A stretch of 64,000 bases of DNA, taken from contig NC_135767.1 in the NCBI RefSeq assembly GCF_052425735.1, positions 21,390,001-21,454,000 of the forward strand, in the 5' to 3' direction. Both the position numbers and the translations under genes were made by a program. The DNA is from Oculina patagonica (taxonomy: Eukaryota). A model generated the notes under the pieces. It saw only the letters and a list, made by a program, of their open reading frames with translations, ran no database searches and was not told the DNA's origin. Positions 25,148-37,745 of this stretch are shown piece by piece. Positions within the stretch are counted from its first letter, which is position 1, and every line of letters begins with the position of its first letter.

Positions 25148-26251
25148 ATGATGGCTCTTGAATCAGACCTAATCTGTAATGTTACGACAAACTTCACTAG
25201 AAATTCTTCATCATGTTCACAGCATATCCCAGCAGCACCCATGGTCAACCCTTATAAAGAGTTCTACAAGTTTGCCTTCGGCTCCGCAATATACATAATC
25301 ATCGTTTCATTCACAACCATCGTAGCAAACGGCTTGTTGCTTATTGTTTTCTTCTTCGATCCTTTCAAGATATTCAGGAACATCACCACTTATTTTCTGA
25401 TCGGTCTTGCTTTCGTCGATATTTTAACAGCCGCGACGCAAGAACCCATGTACGCTACATGTTTTATAATGATGTATCTTGGACACCCTGACACTGCTTC
25501 TACATGTATTCCTCTCTTGGACACAGGACGAACGATAGCTGTAGCTGCCATGAATGCCTCGTTTCTTATAGTGTTGGCTTTTACCATCACCCAGTACATT
25601 GTCGTGATTTCGCCTCTGAACCACGCGCGAAAGGTGACAAAAAAGCGAGTGATAATCTGCGTGTTAGCCATTTACGTGTACTCTATACTGTTCAGCCTGT
25701 CACCTCGGATGGGCGTCTCATTAGATATCCAACACAAGATCGACAACATATTTCATTCTATTTCCTTGATATATCTGACCATAATCTTTTATGCCCTCCT
25801 GTACATTGCTTTCAAGAAGAAAATGGCCGCTTCTAAGGGTCTTCGAGAAGAAAACAACATGCAAAATGGAAACATGAATGAGAGGCAAACGGGCGTGGAG
25901 CGAAAGTTTATTATTGTGAATTTTCTTCTGATCGCCATATTGTTTCTGACGTCTCAGCCCTCCGCCATGTTGTGGATTTATCGCTTGTACTCCAAAGAGG
26001 ACGTAAACAGTCCAAAAGTTCTTATTGTTAATCTGATGGTGGATAACATACTTTACCTGAAATTCCTGCTTGACCCGTTTGTGTACGCGTGGAGAATTCC
26101 CAAATATCGTCAGGCTCTCAAGATTGTCCTGCGCTGTGGCAGAGAAGAGCCTGAGACCCAGTCAACATTCAGTGACCACGTTGTTGCCCGGATGAGCAAG
26201 TCACGTGAGAATGTCGTCACTCTGAGCTTCAATAAGATTTCCCCGGCCTAA
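25148..26251 (+). CDS. Atypical class A GPCR copy 7 (subfamily B), 367 aa
   Basis: Intact 7TM ORF with family motifs; TATAAAA at about 25080 and AATAAA at about 26319. Confidence 0.93.
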   Translation: MMALESDLICNVTTNFTRNSSSCSQHIPAAPMVNPYKEFYKFAFGSAIYIIIVSFTTIVANGLLLIVFFFDPFKIFRNITTYFLIGLAFVDILTAATQEPMYATCFIMMYLGHPDTASTCIPLLDTGRTIAVAAMNASFLIVLAFTITQYIVVISPLNHARKVTKKRVIICVLAIYVYSILFSLSPRMGVSLDIQHKIDNIFHSISLIYLTIIFYALLYIAFKKKMAASKGLREENNMQNGNMNERQTGVERKFIIVNFLLIAILFLTSQPSAMLWIYRLYSKEDVNSPKVLIVNLMVDNILYLKFLLDPFVYAWRIPKYRQALKIVLRCGREEPETQSTFSDHVVARMSKSRENVVTLSFNKISPA

Positions 26252-26629
26252 ATTGAAATATATGTCATATTGGACCGTGAAAATGTGACCGTCTTATTAC
26301 TGAACTTGTACATAGATGAATAAAAGTAACATTCTTGTGATTTAAAAGCTCTCTATGAAAAGTGGATTGCAGTATTGAAAACTGTATATATTGTATTATA
26401 AAAAATAGTCGAGTTTAGTATAAAAACATAGATAGAAACTGGATTAGTTACTCAAGTAAATCGTAATGGATTTATTTTTCCTGATGACCACTCTAATTTT
26501 AATGACAAAAGCAAACAGAGAGCGCTTGAACGCATAACTTAAGTCACATTAAAAAAACAAACAAACAAACAAAAAAACAAAAAAAAAAACAGAAAATGCA
26601 ATATTATTTGATGGTACGGCTGTTGCTAT

Positions 26630-26632
26630 GAT

Positions 26633-26663
<31 letters not shown>

Positions 26664-26715
26664 TTTCGTTTATTTCATTTATTCATATTTAAACATTTAT
26701 TATACATTTATTTGT
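26630..26715. repeat. (TTTA)n microsatellite
   Basis: Directly visible. Confidence 0.9.
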
Positions 26716-27367
26716 GTACGGTGCCTCATCTCGTTTTCAGTACCTAGCCAAGAATGACGTGATATTGGTAAATTTCAATTCTTAGTGCGGTTTTCACTTG
26801 AGTGTCGAAAGTAATTTGCGTTTGCTTTGGTTTTGCATTACTACGCTTATTGAAATAAAATATCGCGCCACTTTCTTAGCCAATCGGAACTAAAACCAGA
26901 TGACTCGCCCACGCACGGTTTCCCGCGCTTTGCGTCGGCAACTTGTATTTGCTTTAAGTTTTGACTGGTTCAATGGGTTGTCTGTGTCCTTTGTGATTGG
27001 CCAGAGTATATACTTTGCTTTTGGTCTTACGACGCTCAATTAAAAACTGCTCTAATGGTATTATCAATATTTTTCCCTAAAAAATACTTTCTGATACACG
27101 GTATTGCTGCTATTTTCCTTCCACCTTTACTTACATAAACGTATGGCAAAAGCGTTGTTAGTTGTTTTTGATGATTGTACTAGATATTTCTATCAACTGG
27201 TGATATTGTAACTAAGCGAATAAATAATAAATAATAAATAGAGTTAAAAAAAACTTGAGTTAAGCAAGTGAAAATGCTTTCAAATTTTCTTAAATTCAAT
27301 TTTTCGAGTTCACATCTTTACTTTTTAGATTTAAAATTACAGTGAAAAAAACTCAGATTATTTTTAA

Positions 27368-27752
27368 AGGGACTGTGTCACGGCTGAGTTAAGTTTATTT
27401 TTGTTAAGTTTTGCCAAATACTCGCTATGAAACTTAATGTTTGCAAAGAAATTACTACTATGGATCTAAATGACAAAACCATAGCTTCGTTGCAACCTAA
27501 TGTGTCTCCCGGGCGTTAAAATTTAAAGTTACAAGCAAACAAGTTATCTTTAAAAACTGTTCAGCCCAACAATATTTCAAAAACCCATATTGCAATCCGT
27601 CTCAATATTCGTCGCTTTTGGCCATCCGTACCTTATTTTGTATTTGGTGTGTTATTGAAATGTTTCTTTACAGTTTGAATAGTTCATTTTTATATTTCAG
27701 CGAATTTGATGGTCATTTCATAAATTTAGCTAAAATCCGTGACACAGTCCCT
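27368..27752. mobile_element. Kolobok-like MITE
   Basis: Perfect TIRs AGGGACTGTGTCACGG / CCGTGACACAGTCCCT with TTAA on both sides. Confidence 0.85.
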
Positions 27753-27845
27753 TTAACTTTCCGATAATTCGAACCAGCAATCGTTGGGACCTGCTTTACT
27801 AAGTCGAACTATGCAATTTTACCCCCCAATTTTTCGAATTCCCAA

Positions 27846-28270
27846 CCCGGGGGGGGGGGGGGCACTCAAAAAAGTTTTATACGGGGAGGCTCCGCCCCGA
27901 GCTCTGACCCCTTACCCTTTTATATACCATTTTTGACAGAAATTGTACCCCTTTCGTATACCTTTTACTGAAAAAGGGTACCCCTTTCATATACCTAAAA
28001 GACATGGCATACACTTAGAACAGGACGTTTTCTTGTCATTTTCACGTAGCGCTTAATACATTAAAATAATACAGCCGTAAATTGCGTTTGTTCGAAATAT
28101 TTTAATTAAAGGCCCTTTTAAATACCTAAATGACAGATTTCCATACCCTTTCGTATATCAAAACTTGTAAAATCCCTACCCTTTCATATACCTTTAGCCT
28201 GAAAAAGGTACCCCTTTCGGGCGGAGCCTCCCCGTATAGGCCATTATAGGGAGTACCCCCCCCCCCCGGG
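27846..28270. mobile_element. MITE with CCCGGG-polyG ends and 8-bp TSD
   Basis: ATTCCCAA at 27838-45 and 28271-78; internal inverted tatacggggaggctccgccc; repeated tacccctttc motifs. A decayed relative lies at about 40065-40163. Confidence 0.9.
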
Positions 28271-30419
28271 ATTCCCAATTACAAGATTCCGTTTACCTTG
28301 GTGGTTCGGCAAATCGGGATTTAACTGTATTATTAAAATTTAATGTTAAAAAAGGTCTCAGTAAGACAAACTCCGTGGGAGATATGTTTGCGTTCTTTTC
28401 TAAAGATATAATTAGCCTGCTTTACGCGTTGTTTACGAAAATGTCATGCAGTTGTTTGGAACGCTTTTGCAAACAAACTGTGGGAATTTTTTCGGATTTC
28501 TTTTTAGAGTTTTAATAAGTTGTACAAAGAAAACCATCTGCTTAACGTAACTTGTAGTGTTAGAATAAATGAATGGAAGAGAGTCACGAAAAGTGTTTTT
28601 CACTTTTTTGCTTAACATCTGTTATTTTAAAAGGAGGTTTAGTTTATAGCATTCCAATTTATTACCATCAAAAGAAACATTAAAGTTTTGATCCATACAT
28701 TATCTTATTATCATTCTATAAACATTATTACAATTGTTTTGTAGTTTACAAAAAAAAACTTTCAATTTCGAATATTAATTTTCTCACGGTTTAGAGCTTT
28801 GCTTATCACTTTCCTTAAACAATTTTAGTGAAAATAACTTGCTAATGTTTTTGGATAACGGACACCTAAAAATTTGCTTCGATGTCAATAAATATTTATT
28901 TTATTTTATTGAACTGCAAGATATCTTTTGTTTGTATCATTTCTATTTACAAGGAAAATAAAACAAATACTTGTTTTTCTTCTTAATTTTTCTTTTTTAA
29001 AACTTCAGTAATAGTTACAAATATGCGAAACAGACATTTTGGCTTAAGGAAGAAGAGCTTTATTCTTAAACCTATAATATGGTGTGACAAACATCTAGAA
29101 GCCGTCAATTGCAGGAGAAACCACGAATTTTCGTCCCACTGACATGAGAACTTCTCTACCGCTGTTAGCGCAGATGGCACAAGGATTTTCATCTAAAAAT
29201 TGAAAAGATCCATTATCGTCGCACACGAAAATCTCTGCGTGAATAACAGGTTTAATTATACATGTTGCAAGCCTTCATGGATATCATAATGTTGTGTTTT
29301 AATTGTAGATTCTTAGTTTTTGTCGTGTGGGTCCAAGCCTTAACTTGAAAAGAACTTGAAACTCCCAGGACAAACCGGATATAAATTTCACAGGCTGCTT
29401 TCAAAAGATATATCGGGATTGATTAAATAAAAACGCAAAAAACCTGGACTATGCTTTAAAGAAGTGTATTTGAGATCATGTTACTAATTGGTGAATAAAA
29501 AAATGATTTTACACTTAAACAAATAATTATTTTTTGTTTATGTTTAAAATTCATAAAGTTAGCTTATTTCGTTATGTAATCAGCTCAGTTGAGGTTTTCA
29601 AAATTCACCGATAGGTGACAAATGGGCTGAATTTTAACTGTTTATTGAGAAATCGTCAAAAATTTCAGGATGATAACTTCCAGCACCCCTTATCTTATAG
29701 CAGCAGATACTTTTCTTAAGGACGGAAAAATAAATATTCATCTTTGTATTTGACATGCGAAGTATTTATTTTCGCCTTTATAAGATTTCGAAAATTTTTT
29801 TTTTCGCTTAGTATTGCAGGGTATTTTTCTTCAGCTTTTACTGGCAAATAATTTTGTCACGCTTTTAGCCCGCAATGCTTAATTTATGCTGCGGTTTTGT
29901 TTAAGGCGGCCCACGTTTGTTTCAGCTAAACGATGATCTAACAGGTCCAATTTGTTATCTCAGCAGGAAAGGTTTAATTTTATCACTTTTGTGTTTATTG
30001 ATGAGTGTTAATCCCAGTGTTTTCCTTAAGAAAGTATTAAAACATCTCCTTTTCTTCTCATAATCACCGGAATTGGGCCTAAATTACGCCAAGCATTTAA
30101 CAAAAGCCTCCTGAATTCAAAATGCTTAATTTTCAAAGCTGGTGTGTGTGTGATTATAACTTCCAACAACTTAAGCAGCTTAAGTAATTACATCACAGTA
30201 GGAATTATGCAAACATAGCGAACGCTTTTGGAATTTCAATGAAAAAGTTGATACATTGGTTATGAATTCATTGCGTGTAATAACCGAATTATCCCCTTGA
30301 AAGCTCAACGGGTATAAAGGGCAAGAAAATTGTCGTTCACGATCCAAACCAATTACACCTCTGATTAGTTAACAGCTTTAAGGTGAGACACACCTTGAAC
30401 GGTTTACGTCGCAAGTACG

Positions 30420-31529
30420 ATGGATGCTGAAACAGCGCTAGAATGTAACGCTACAGCGGCTAATTTCACTGGGAATTCCTCATCATGCCTACCGTCTTTG
30501 CCGCCACCAGCAGCACCTATGGTCAACCCTTATGACGAATTCTTCAAGATCGCTTTTGGCTCCGCAATCTACATCATCATCATTTCATTTACAACCATCG
30601 TAGCAAACGGCTTGTTGCTTGTGGTTTTCTTCTTCGATCCTCTAAAAATATTCCGAAACGCCACCACTTATTTCCTGATAGGTCTTGCCTTTGTGGATAT
30701 TATAACAGCCGCGACCAACCAACCAATGTACGCTACATGTTTCATAATGATGTATATTGAACACCCTGACACTCGTGAAACATGCTTGCCTCTCCTGGAG
30801 ACAGGACAAACGATAGCACTTGCCGTCATGAATGCCTCGTTTCTTATCGTGTTGGCTTTTACCATCACTCAGTACATTGTGGTGATTTCTCCTCTGAACC
30901 ACGCGCGAAAGGTGACAAAAACGCGCGTTATCATCTGCGTGTTGGTCATTTACGTCTACGTTGCACTGTTCAGCGTCGCACCTCGTATGGGCGTCCCTAG
31001 AGATATCCAACAGAAGATTGATAACACATTTCATTCTATTGCCTTGATATATCTGACCATTCTCATTTACATCCTCCTGTACATTGCCTTCAAAAAGAAA
31101 ATGGCCGCTTCCAGGAGTCTTCGAGAAGACAGCAACAGAAACGACGAAGGAAGGAATGAGAGGCAAACAGGTGTGGAGCGAAAGTTTATTATTGTGAATT
31201 TTCTTCTGATTGCCATTTTGTTCCTGACGTCGCAGCCCTCCGCTATGCTGTGGATCTATCGCTTGTATTCCAACGAGGACGTTAACAGTCCAAAAGTTCT
31301 GATTGTCAATCTGATGGTGGATAACATACTGTACCTGAAATTCCTGCTTGACCCGTTTGTGTACGCGTGGAGAATTCCCAAATATCGTCAGGCGCTCAAG
31401 ATTGTCCTGCGATGTGGCAGAGAAGAGGCTGAGACCAAGTCAACGTTCAGTGACCAGGTTATGGCCCAGATGAGCAAGTCACGTGAGACTGTGGTCACAC
31501 TGGACTTTAAAAGCATTTCCGTGGACTGA
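30420..31529 (+). CDS. Atypical class A GPCR copy 8 (subfamily B), 369 aa
   Basis: Intact 7TM ORF with family motifs. Confidence 0.93.
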   Translation: MDAETALECNATAANFTGNSSSCLPSLPPPAAPMVNPYDEFFKIAFGSAIYIIIISFTTIVANGLLLVVFFFDPLKIFRNATTYFLIGLAFVDIITAATNQPMYATCFIMMYIEHPDTRETCLPLLETGQTIALAVMNASFLIVLAFTITQYIVVISPLNHARKVTKTRVIICVLVIYVYVALFSVAPRMGVPRDIQQKIDNTFHSIALIYLTILIYILLYIAFKKKMAASRSLREDSNRNDEGRNERQTGVERKFIIVNFLLIAILFLTSQPSAMLWIYRLYSNEDVNSPKVLIVNLMVDNILYLKFLLDPFVYAWRIPKYRQALKIVLRCGREEAETKSTFSDQVMAQMSKSRETVVTLDFKSISVD

Positions 31530-34500
31530 ATAACTGATAGCTTAGAATTGGTCCAAATTTTAATTATCATCAGCTGAGTTTTGAAGTCTTAAAATTCACT
31601 GATAGTTGGAAAATGGGCTCTTTTATTCGTGTAAATTATATATTTAAATAATATTATACCTCCTTTTTTCTGATAGCAGCACATATTTTTTCTTATGGCT
31701 GGAAACATAAATATTTTAAGTTCGTATTTGAGAGGCGAAGTTTTTGTTTTCACCCCCTTTTGAGGTTTCGGGCATTGTTTTTTGCTGCTGCAGCGTATTT
31801 TCTCAGCTTGTTCTGGCAAATCCTGCCGGAAATTAGTTTGCCTTTAGGTTACATGTTTAAATAGAGGAAAACGTTATAAGTCATGTATATAGAACAAGAA
31901 TGGGTTATCTGACTAGTTCTACCCACTGGGCTCAGTTGTTAAAAGGGTGAAAAAAGCTATGCACCCGATAATGATAAATCGCTTTCTAGTAGATAAGTGT
32001 TGACAAACAAACTATGTTACTATTCGGGTAACCATTTAGTCATGTTGCGTAGACTAAAAGGAGCTATGACACGGCGCAGCTTGAAAAGACCAAATCTCTC
32101 ATTCATATTTCTTGAAACCCTTTCATTCTTCTCTAATCTTATTTCTTTTTGTGTCTTAGTAAGCTTGTACAGTTTTGAAGTTTCCGTCGATTTTAAGGTG
32201 CGCGTTTTTAAATCACAAAAGATTACTAGTTTTCGTGTGTTCACTTGGCTAAAATAAGGAATGAAGATGAACTTGTTCATTTGAATTGCTGATGACGAAA
32301 GTAAATAAAAAGTGAATAAACTAAATTACTCTACTTAGAGAACAAGCCACACCAGCTCTCTGCTGGTTTTCACGCGGTTCCTCGCGAGGGTGAAAATTTG
32401 TGTAGTAATCTATATAGTCAGTATAAAATTTCTAATAATGTCAAAGGATCTATAACAAGATCATCAAAGAATGGGAAACTGAAATCCCAGCACAAGTGAC
32501 ATAAATAATTATGTCGTGTGATACTAGACTGAATTTATGTGAAGAAGAAGTTTTTTCTTTGTAAGTACGTAAATAATTTGTATTTAAGACTTGTGTAAGG
32601 CGTATTTATATGTATATTTGTAATGTTGTAAAAGTAATGCATGAGGCACATGCACATATGTACTATATGTATTGAAAATTAGAGCTGTTCTACTTCATCG
32701 AAATTCAATAATCTTAGTCTTTTACTAACAGGAAATCTTTAATTAGTTTAATATCTGAAGAGACTTTTTGACACCAGATTGTAAAAAAACATTAGTGTCG
32801 TTGACTCCACGAATAAATTGGTACCCGCGAGTGGTCCGTAAATCTTATCTAATAAAATTTTACCAACTCGTCTTTTTTTTTTTTACCGCGGTGGATCTTC
32901 ACACTTGGTTTAATATATATTGTGTATATACTGTATATAAGCGTAAATTAATATTGAATTAAAAGTAAAAAAAAAAAAAACATTCTACATTTGTCAGCAT
33001 TTGTCAAGGTCGAGCTTTCAGTTACTGTTTTATCCAGTTTTAATTAAGAAATTCCATACTGTTCAATTGACAAAATGTTTTTGAACAAACCACGGGGAAA
33101 GGTTTGCGTTTTTTTTTATATTCATAATAACTTATTTTTTAAAATTTTCTAGACTTTGACGTTTTGTATCCCTAGCAATATGCCTGACTCGAAACGTCGA
33201 TTATTTCATCTCATATATCGCAGGACAATTTTGGTCGCTTTTTCTTCCTTTGCTAGTTTGATAGTTACTTAATTTTTATTGTAAAATGATAAAAGTGCAG
33301 GGAAGTGCTCTACTGCTCAGTTTTCGTAAACCTTTTCACCATTCATAAACTTGGTAAAAAACAAATTTCCCCATATCATTCCACAGAGACAACTTATTGT
33401 GCTTTTCATGATGAAAAATCAAGTTAAATTAATTTCTTAATCAGTATGTAGCTGAGAAATGAACTCTTGCCATGCTATTCAATTTTCAATGAAAACAGGC
33501 TACTCGTATTTGGAAAAACCGAAATCTCATTTTGATACTGTAAAAGAGTATTCATACTGGGAATATAAAATTAGTTTTTTTGTCAAGTTTACGATTCCCA
33601 TTGTACTTAAGTTTTCTCAAAGGGTCTGTTTGGAACATTTCGTTACCAAAACAAACCAACAAATGGTCGATTATGATATAAGAGAGTCTGAGTGGGTCTG
33701 CACAGAGCTATCTCATAGGTTTAGAGTTAGGTGTTGGACAATGTAAAAGCCTCTGTTATCCTTGTAGTTGAGAACTTTATATCAGTACATAAACTTTTAA
33801 AGAATTCGGTCTTTTATAAAAGGCAAAAAGAAGATTAAAAATACCAAGCACCTCGTTTGTTTGGAGATGGACTTATAACTTAAAAAATATCCGTGATCAA
33901 TAACTTTTTCTAGCTTGTTGCCGCGCACTAGTAAGAGGAACAAGCCTTCCTGTATTTGATATACCATTGTGAAAAACAAAACTACCATTGCTACTGACCA
34001 AATTACGCGATATTTTTGTCTGTGACACCCAGTAGATATATTGGTCTTCATGTTTATATATATTAGCTTTTTTGAAAGAGCTGTTCTTAAATTTAATGAA
34101 AAGTCTTAATGACTGTTGAAGAACAAATGATATAGTAGGAAGCCAAGACGAAGCAAGGATATGTCCGAACTGTTTGATGAAATATTACCAATTTCTTTAA
34201 CTAAGCTCACTTAGATCAGCTTAAACAACGATTCAGTCATTAAATCAACCTGATTTTATTGTCCCTTGAAAGGTCGCAGTCACAGTTAATACGAAAGATG
34301 AGATAACGAAAACACTTCTTCCTTATATTTGCAATCTGTTTGAAAAGGATTTGTTGTTACATCTGTTGATCGAGATGTGAAATCGCCTCCTTTACGACAA
34401 CAATTAAATAACCAACTACATGCAGTGCCAAAAAATTGCTATTTTCCGATCAGTGGGAGCTGCCACAAATCTGTTTAGCTTTAGTACTTAATTTAACTTA

Positions 34501-35414
34501 AGTACGATGACTAAAAAGTTTTTATTTGCTTAAGAACGTTATAACATTGATTGGAAGATAGACATATAAGCAAAGGAAGTTTTTAGTTCATAGATTAATC
34601 TTGAGTTACATCATAATTTCTATAAATTATAAATAGCTAATTTACTAACTCAAAAATGTTAGTGGTATCTTACGGTACAGTTGACGGGGGTCATATTCAT
34701 CATCGTTGTTAATCTCTCCTTTCAAGAAATTGGGCGGCAGGAGGGATTATATTAAATTTATCTTAAAAAAATGTTTTAGAAAAGTGCCAATCGATCATAT
34801 AAATTGCATGTGATAGAGTTTTCGGTACAGTTATCACAACGCACCGTTGTAATCTAAATCAAACATTATACCCAGGGGTGTCTTACGGCGTATATGAGCT
34901 ATGGAGATGAATTGCGTGCAAGCAAGAACATTCTGGTGCAATGTACGTTAATTAAAAAAACTGATATTAATGCTTTGACCACCGGGGGCAATTATTCCAA
35001 TCTAAGAAATAAGCTGCCTTAAAATGTTCTTCCATTTCCTCCTTTCTGTGAAATATGATGTAATTAAAAACTTGGAAAAATTATAACGTCTATTAGCGTG
35101 GGTACACCGTTTTATCCTAGTGTTGCAAAAGTTGTTTGTTTTCGGTTCATGAAGCCAGTGAAGTTAAATTTATTAATTAATCAATTGCCACCGTACATAC
35201 GCAGAACTATTGAAATTAAAATGGTAATTAAAAATTACCAACTGATGTCAGTGAGAATAAAAATGAAAGATCTGCACGGTAGCTTTTGTATGCAGATGTT
35301 TCTTTTCATGTGGATTTATATAATCAGCTGGCACAATTCCCACTCTCAAAAGCTTAGCATAACCTGCCACAGCAACAAGTCAAGAAGTTAATCACCTTCC
35401 AAAGCTTCTCCAAG

Positions 35415-36557
35415 ATGAACCTTACATGCAACAACTCCTGGATCAACATCACCAGCAATTCTACAAACGAGCTAAATCGAAGTGTATCAGGCAACCATTC
35501 GTCTTGCATCAACGCCTCCCCCGAGTCAGCAATGGCAGTCAACCCGTTGGAAGATTTTTACAAAGCCGCTTTTGGTTCCTCCATCTTTATATACGTGGTC
35601 TCGCTCACAACCATCTTGACCAACAGTCTTCTTCTCTTCGTTTTCTATCGCGACCCACTAAAAATGTTTCGCAACCCAACAACATTTTTTCTCATTGGTT
35701 TGGCCATAGTCGACATACTAACAGCACTGGTTCAGCAGCCCATTTACGCCACTTGTTTCATGTTGCTGTACTTTAAACATCCTTCTACAAGGAAATGCCG
35801 ACCTTTTATAGATGCTGGAAGGATTGTTGGAGCTTTCGCTATGACCGCATCGTTCCTAATCGTCTTCGCCTTTACCGTGACGCAGTACGTCGTAGTTAAA
35901 TCGCCTCTAAAGTACGGCCGCTTGGTCACAAAGAAGAAAGTCTTGATCAGTGTTGCGTTCATCTATCTTTACTCAGCAACGTTCTGGTGCCTGCATTTGA
36001 TGGGTGTGCCTCCATATGTTCAGGACATCATGGAACTTTCCATTCACAGCTATCTGTTGGCCATTGTCAATATCGTTTTCTACATACTCTTGCACTGTGC
36101 TATGAAAAAGAAGACAGCAGCAGGAAAATCACTTCAAGGCGAAGCTGGAAATCGAGAAAGCGGTAAGCACATCCAAGTGCAGCGTAACTTTGTTCGCGTG
36201 AATTTCATGCTTCTATCCGTGCTGATTGTATGTAACATGCCGGCAGCTGTTGTGTGGACGATAAGACTGTTCATTGAAGACAACAAAACCCTTCCTACCG
36301 CGAAGACCCTGATTGCAAACCTGATGGTAGATAACGTGCTCTACATGAAATTTCTGTTGGACCCGTTTGTATACGCATGGCGCATGGTGAAGTACCGAGA
36401 GGCGTTTTATAAAAGCATCCGCCGCAAAGGAACTGGCAGGAAATCGCACGACAGCACCAGCACCACTGCAGGAGGAGAAACCCAACAAGTGGAATTGTCA
36501 AGCGCGCCATCAAACGGATCAATGGTAACTTTGCTGAGTTTTAAAAGTCTGGAATAA
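35415..36557 (+). CDS. Atypical class A GPCR copy 9 (subfamily A), 380 aa
   Basis: Intact 7TM ORF; TQY, CNMP, YMKFLLDPFVY. Confidence 0.93.
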   Translation: MNLTCNNSWINITSNSTNELNRSVSGNHSSCINASPESAMAVNPLEDFYKAAFGSSIFIYVVSLTTILTNSLLLFVFYRDPLKMFRNPTTFFLIGLAIVDILTALVQQPIYATCFMLLYFKHPSTRKCRPFIDAGRIVGAFAMTASFLIVFAFTVTQYVVVKSPLKYGRLVTKKKVLISVAFIYLYSATFWCLHLMGVPPYVQDIMELSIHSYLLAIVNIVFYILLHCAMKKKTAAGKSLQGEAGNRESGKHIQVQRNFVRVNFMLLSVLIVCNMPAAVVWTIRLFIEDNKTLPTAKTLIANLMVDNVLYMKFLLDPFVYAWRMVKYREAFYKSIRRKGTGRKSHDSTSTTAGGETQQVELSSAPSNGSMVTLLSFKSLE

Positions 36558-36774
36558 CGAAATCCCTTTGTTCCTGACTGTTATGTACTTGTATATAAAT
36601 ACTCGTTTAGATCGATCTAAGACACATCTCTCTCTTGATGACCAACAACATATTGCCTTCTCTTGTCAAATTAATTTACTCCTAAGAATCCAGTTACGTA
36701 GCTGGTGGTAGCCAAAGTTAATGTAAATAGCACATGTGGGATTTATCCTGCAGTATATTTAAGAAATCGCATAA

Positions 36775-37055
36775 TAGTAGCAGTGGCAGTGGTAGAGACT
36801 GTGGCTGGCGCAGTAATAGTGGCATTGCAGCTTTATAAGTGCTGGATGTGCCGCTTTGAGTGATGATGGCAGTGGCAGCAGCATTGGTGGTGGCAGGGAC
36901 CGTGGTACGGTAGTGGCAGATGGGGTGGCTGTTGCAGTGGCAGTAGCAGTGCCGGCTCAGGTGGCAATGGCAGTGATAGAGGCAGTGGTAGGGTTGACGG
37001 CAGTGGCACTGTAAGAGACATAAGCAGTGGCGGTGGGGGCGGGGCGGTGGTTATA
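36775..37055. repeat. Degenerate (GGCAGT/GGT)n low-complexity tract
   Basis: Directly visible. Confidence 0.85.
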
Positions 37056-37745
37056 CTAATGTTGGTGCTCCGTAATAGTATTATAGTACTTGCTGTTGTA
37101 AATACAGTCGAAACTCTTCTTTCTACTTAAAGGCCGTCGTTAGGAACCACAAGTTACCTTTGGGGTCAACCAATTGGGCTTTTCTATTGAATTGTTTTAC
37201 GCTCTAGTAAGCTACTACCTTTGAGTGACTGATTACAATAAGTCAGCATTACATTTAAAATAAGCAATACTCCCGTTTCAATTTTAATGTACAGATGATA
37301 AAATGCCTGTCATGGGGCAATAGAACTGTATACCCTTGCACCAAAAAACTGTATTCGCAATCTGTTTATGGATATTTTTAGTTCTCGTATGAGACCGACT
37401 TAAATTACCCCACTTGTTCCAAATCCCCCAGGTGATTAATTACTAAATTATTTAAAGCTCAATTTGTATTGTTAATTGTATATTGATATACATGTATATT
37501 AAATCATTATTAATGCCATTATTAATAGCTAGAGCGTCTGAATAGATTATTTGATTTTAACGAGATCATTTCACCAAAAAAACTCCCGTATCTCTTGTTA
37601 CTTAAATTAGATAATCTTTACACACGATGTAAGCTTTCTTCATGGTGGACCTATTTATCAGCTGCTATTTACATTATTGTACAAGTTAATTACAGGAATA
37701 AATACATAATCAAATTAATTAATCAATAAAGTATAATATATATAG

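Noticed and set aside
36833-37021. Pro/His/Cys-rich peptide
   Set aside because: Product of the low-complexity GGCAGT tract.
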